A stretch of DNA of 64,000 nucleotides, taken from Sphagnum compactum (taxonomy: Eukaryota). Numbering within the stretch: the stretch's first letter is position 1; each line of letters begins with the position of its first letter. The stretch covers positions 32,292,213 through 32,356,212 of the forward strand of contig OZ234493.1 of the NCBI GenBank assembly GCA_965153455.1, written 5' to 3'. The translations under genes and the position numbers were made by a program. This document shows positions 63,485 through 64,000 of the stretch, piece by piece. The notes beneath the pieces were generated by a model that did not search any database, was not told the origin of the DNA, and saw only the letters and a program-made list of their open reading frames with translations.

Positions 63485-63789
63485 TTTCTGTTTTCTTGTC
63501 TTCTATCATAAAAATCTTTAGAATTGATAACCTACCTGGATGATAACCAGGTTGTCATCCTCGCCATCTGGGCAGGTTGTTAGATTTTGGAAAATTCAAT
63601 ACAAAGGGCTTATGTTAATATCTGGGTATCAAAAAACAAAGAACCGGCTGGTAGGTTATTGAAAACCCGGGAATATATCCGGATCGATTATCTTACATGG
63701 AAAAGCACCGAGGCCTAATCCGGGGTCTGTTATTTTGACTGACCGTTCTCAACCCACCAAATGGCTCCTCCCAATTATCCATCCAGAAT

Positions 63790-63927
63790 GCCGACGCCAC
63801 GTGTAACGGCCACGCTAATTATGGGAGAGAGCAGGTCAGCCTGGTTCTGACACAGCTGGCTGTACTGGCCGTGCTGAATAGGATTCAGGTTCTGCCCCTT
63901 CCGGTCGCGTGAGAATATAATAAAAAG
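63790..63927 (+). promoter_or_regulatory. Putative stress/ABA-responsive promoter: DRE/CRT + ABRE + CGCG box + TATA-like
   Basis: GCCGAC (63790-63795) abuts GCCACGTGT (63796-63804; reverse complement ACACGTGGC). CGCGTG at 63906 and TATAATAAAA at 63916, in a CpG-rich patch at the window edge. Confidence 0.45.
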
Positions 63928-64000
63928 CTAGCGTGTGAAAACGGCCCAGCTACTACTGACGGTTCCTACCTATGTGATTCAATTATCATCCAGCTAGGTT

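Overview
AT-rich, repeat-laden land-plant nuclear DNA. The repeat landscape suggests a bryophyte, possibly Sphagnum, but that is an inference. There are three apparently intact protein genes, all on the + strand. (1) A 14-exon CCD1-type carotenoid cleavage dioxygenase (<1..6903, 5' end outside the window) with an N-terminal extension, a GC-AG intron, a 15-nt micro-exon and several changed substrate-pocket residues. (2) An intronless gene for an uncharacterised plant protein (27684..28346) preceded by a canonical as-1-type element. (3) A 5-exon mitochondrial Hsp70 (46146..49439) with a candidate poison exon in intron 1. The rest is mostly decayed DNA transposons: a 3.5-kb non-autonomous CACTA with TSD, two ~155-bp CACTA MITEs, a rearranged CACTA ORF2/terminus/transposase relic, a hAT transposase relic, fold-back elements, tRNA-like relics and minisatellites. 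A DRE+ABRE promoter cluster sits at the right edge. I found no clearly new multi-gene system. The best leads are the atypical CCD1, the mtHsp70 poison-exon candidate and a repeated-hairpin array at ~61.8-62.1 kb. All alignments and translations were done by eye.
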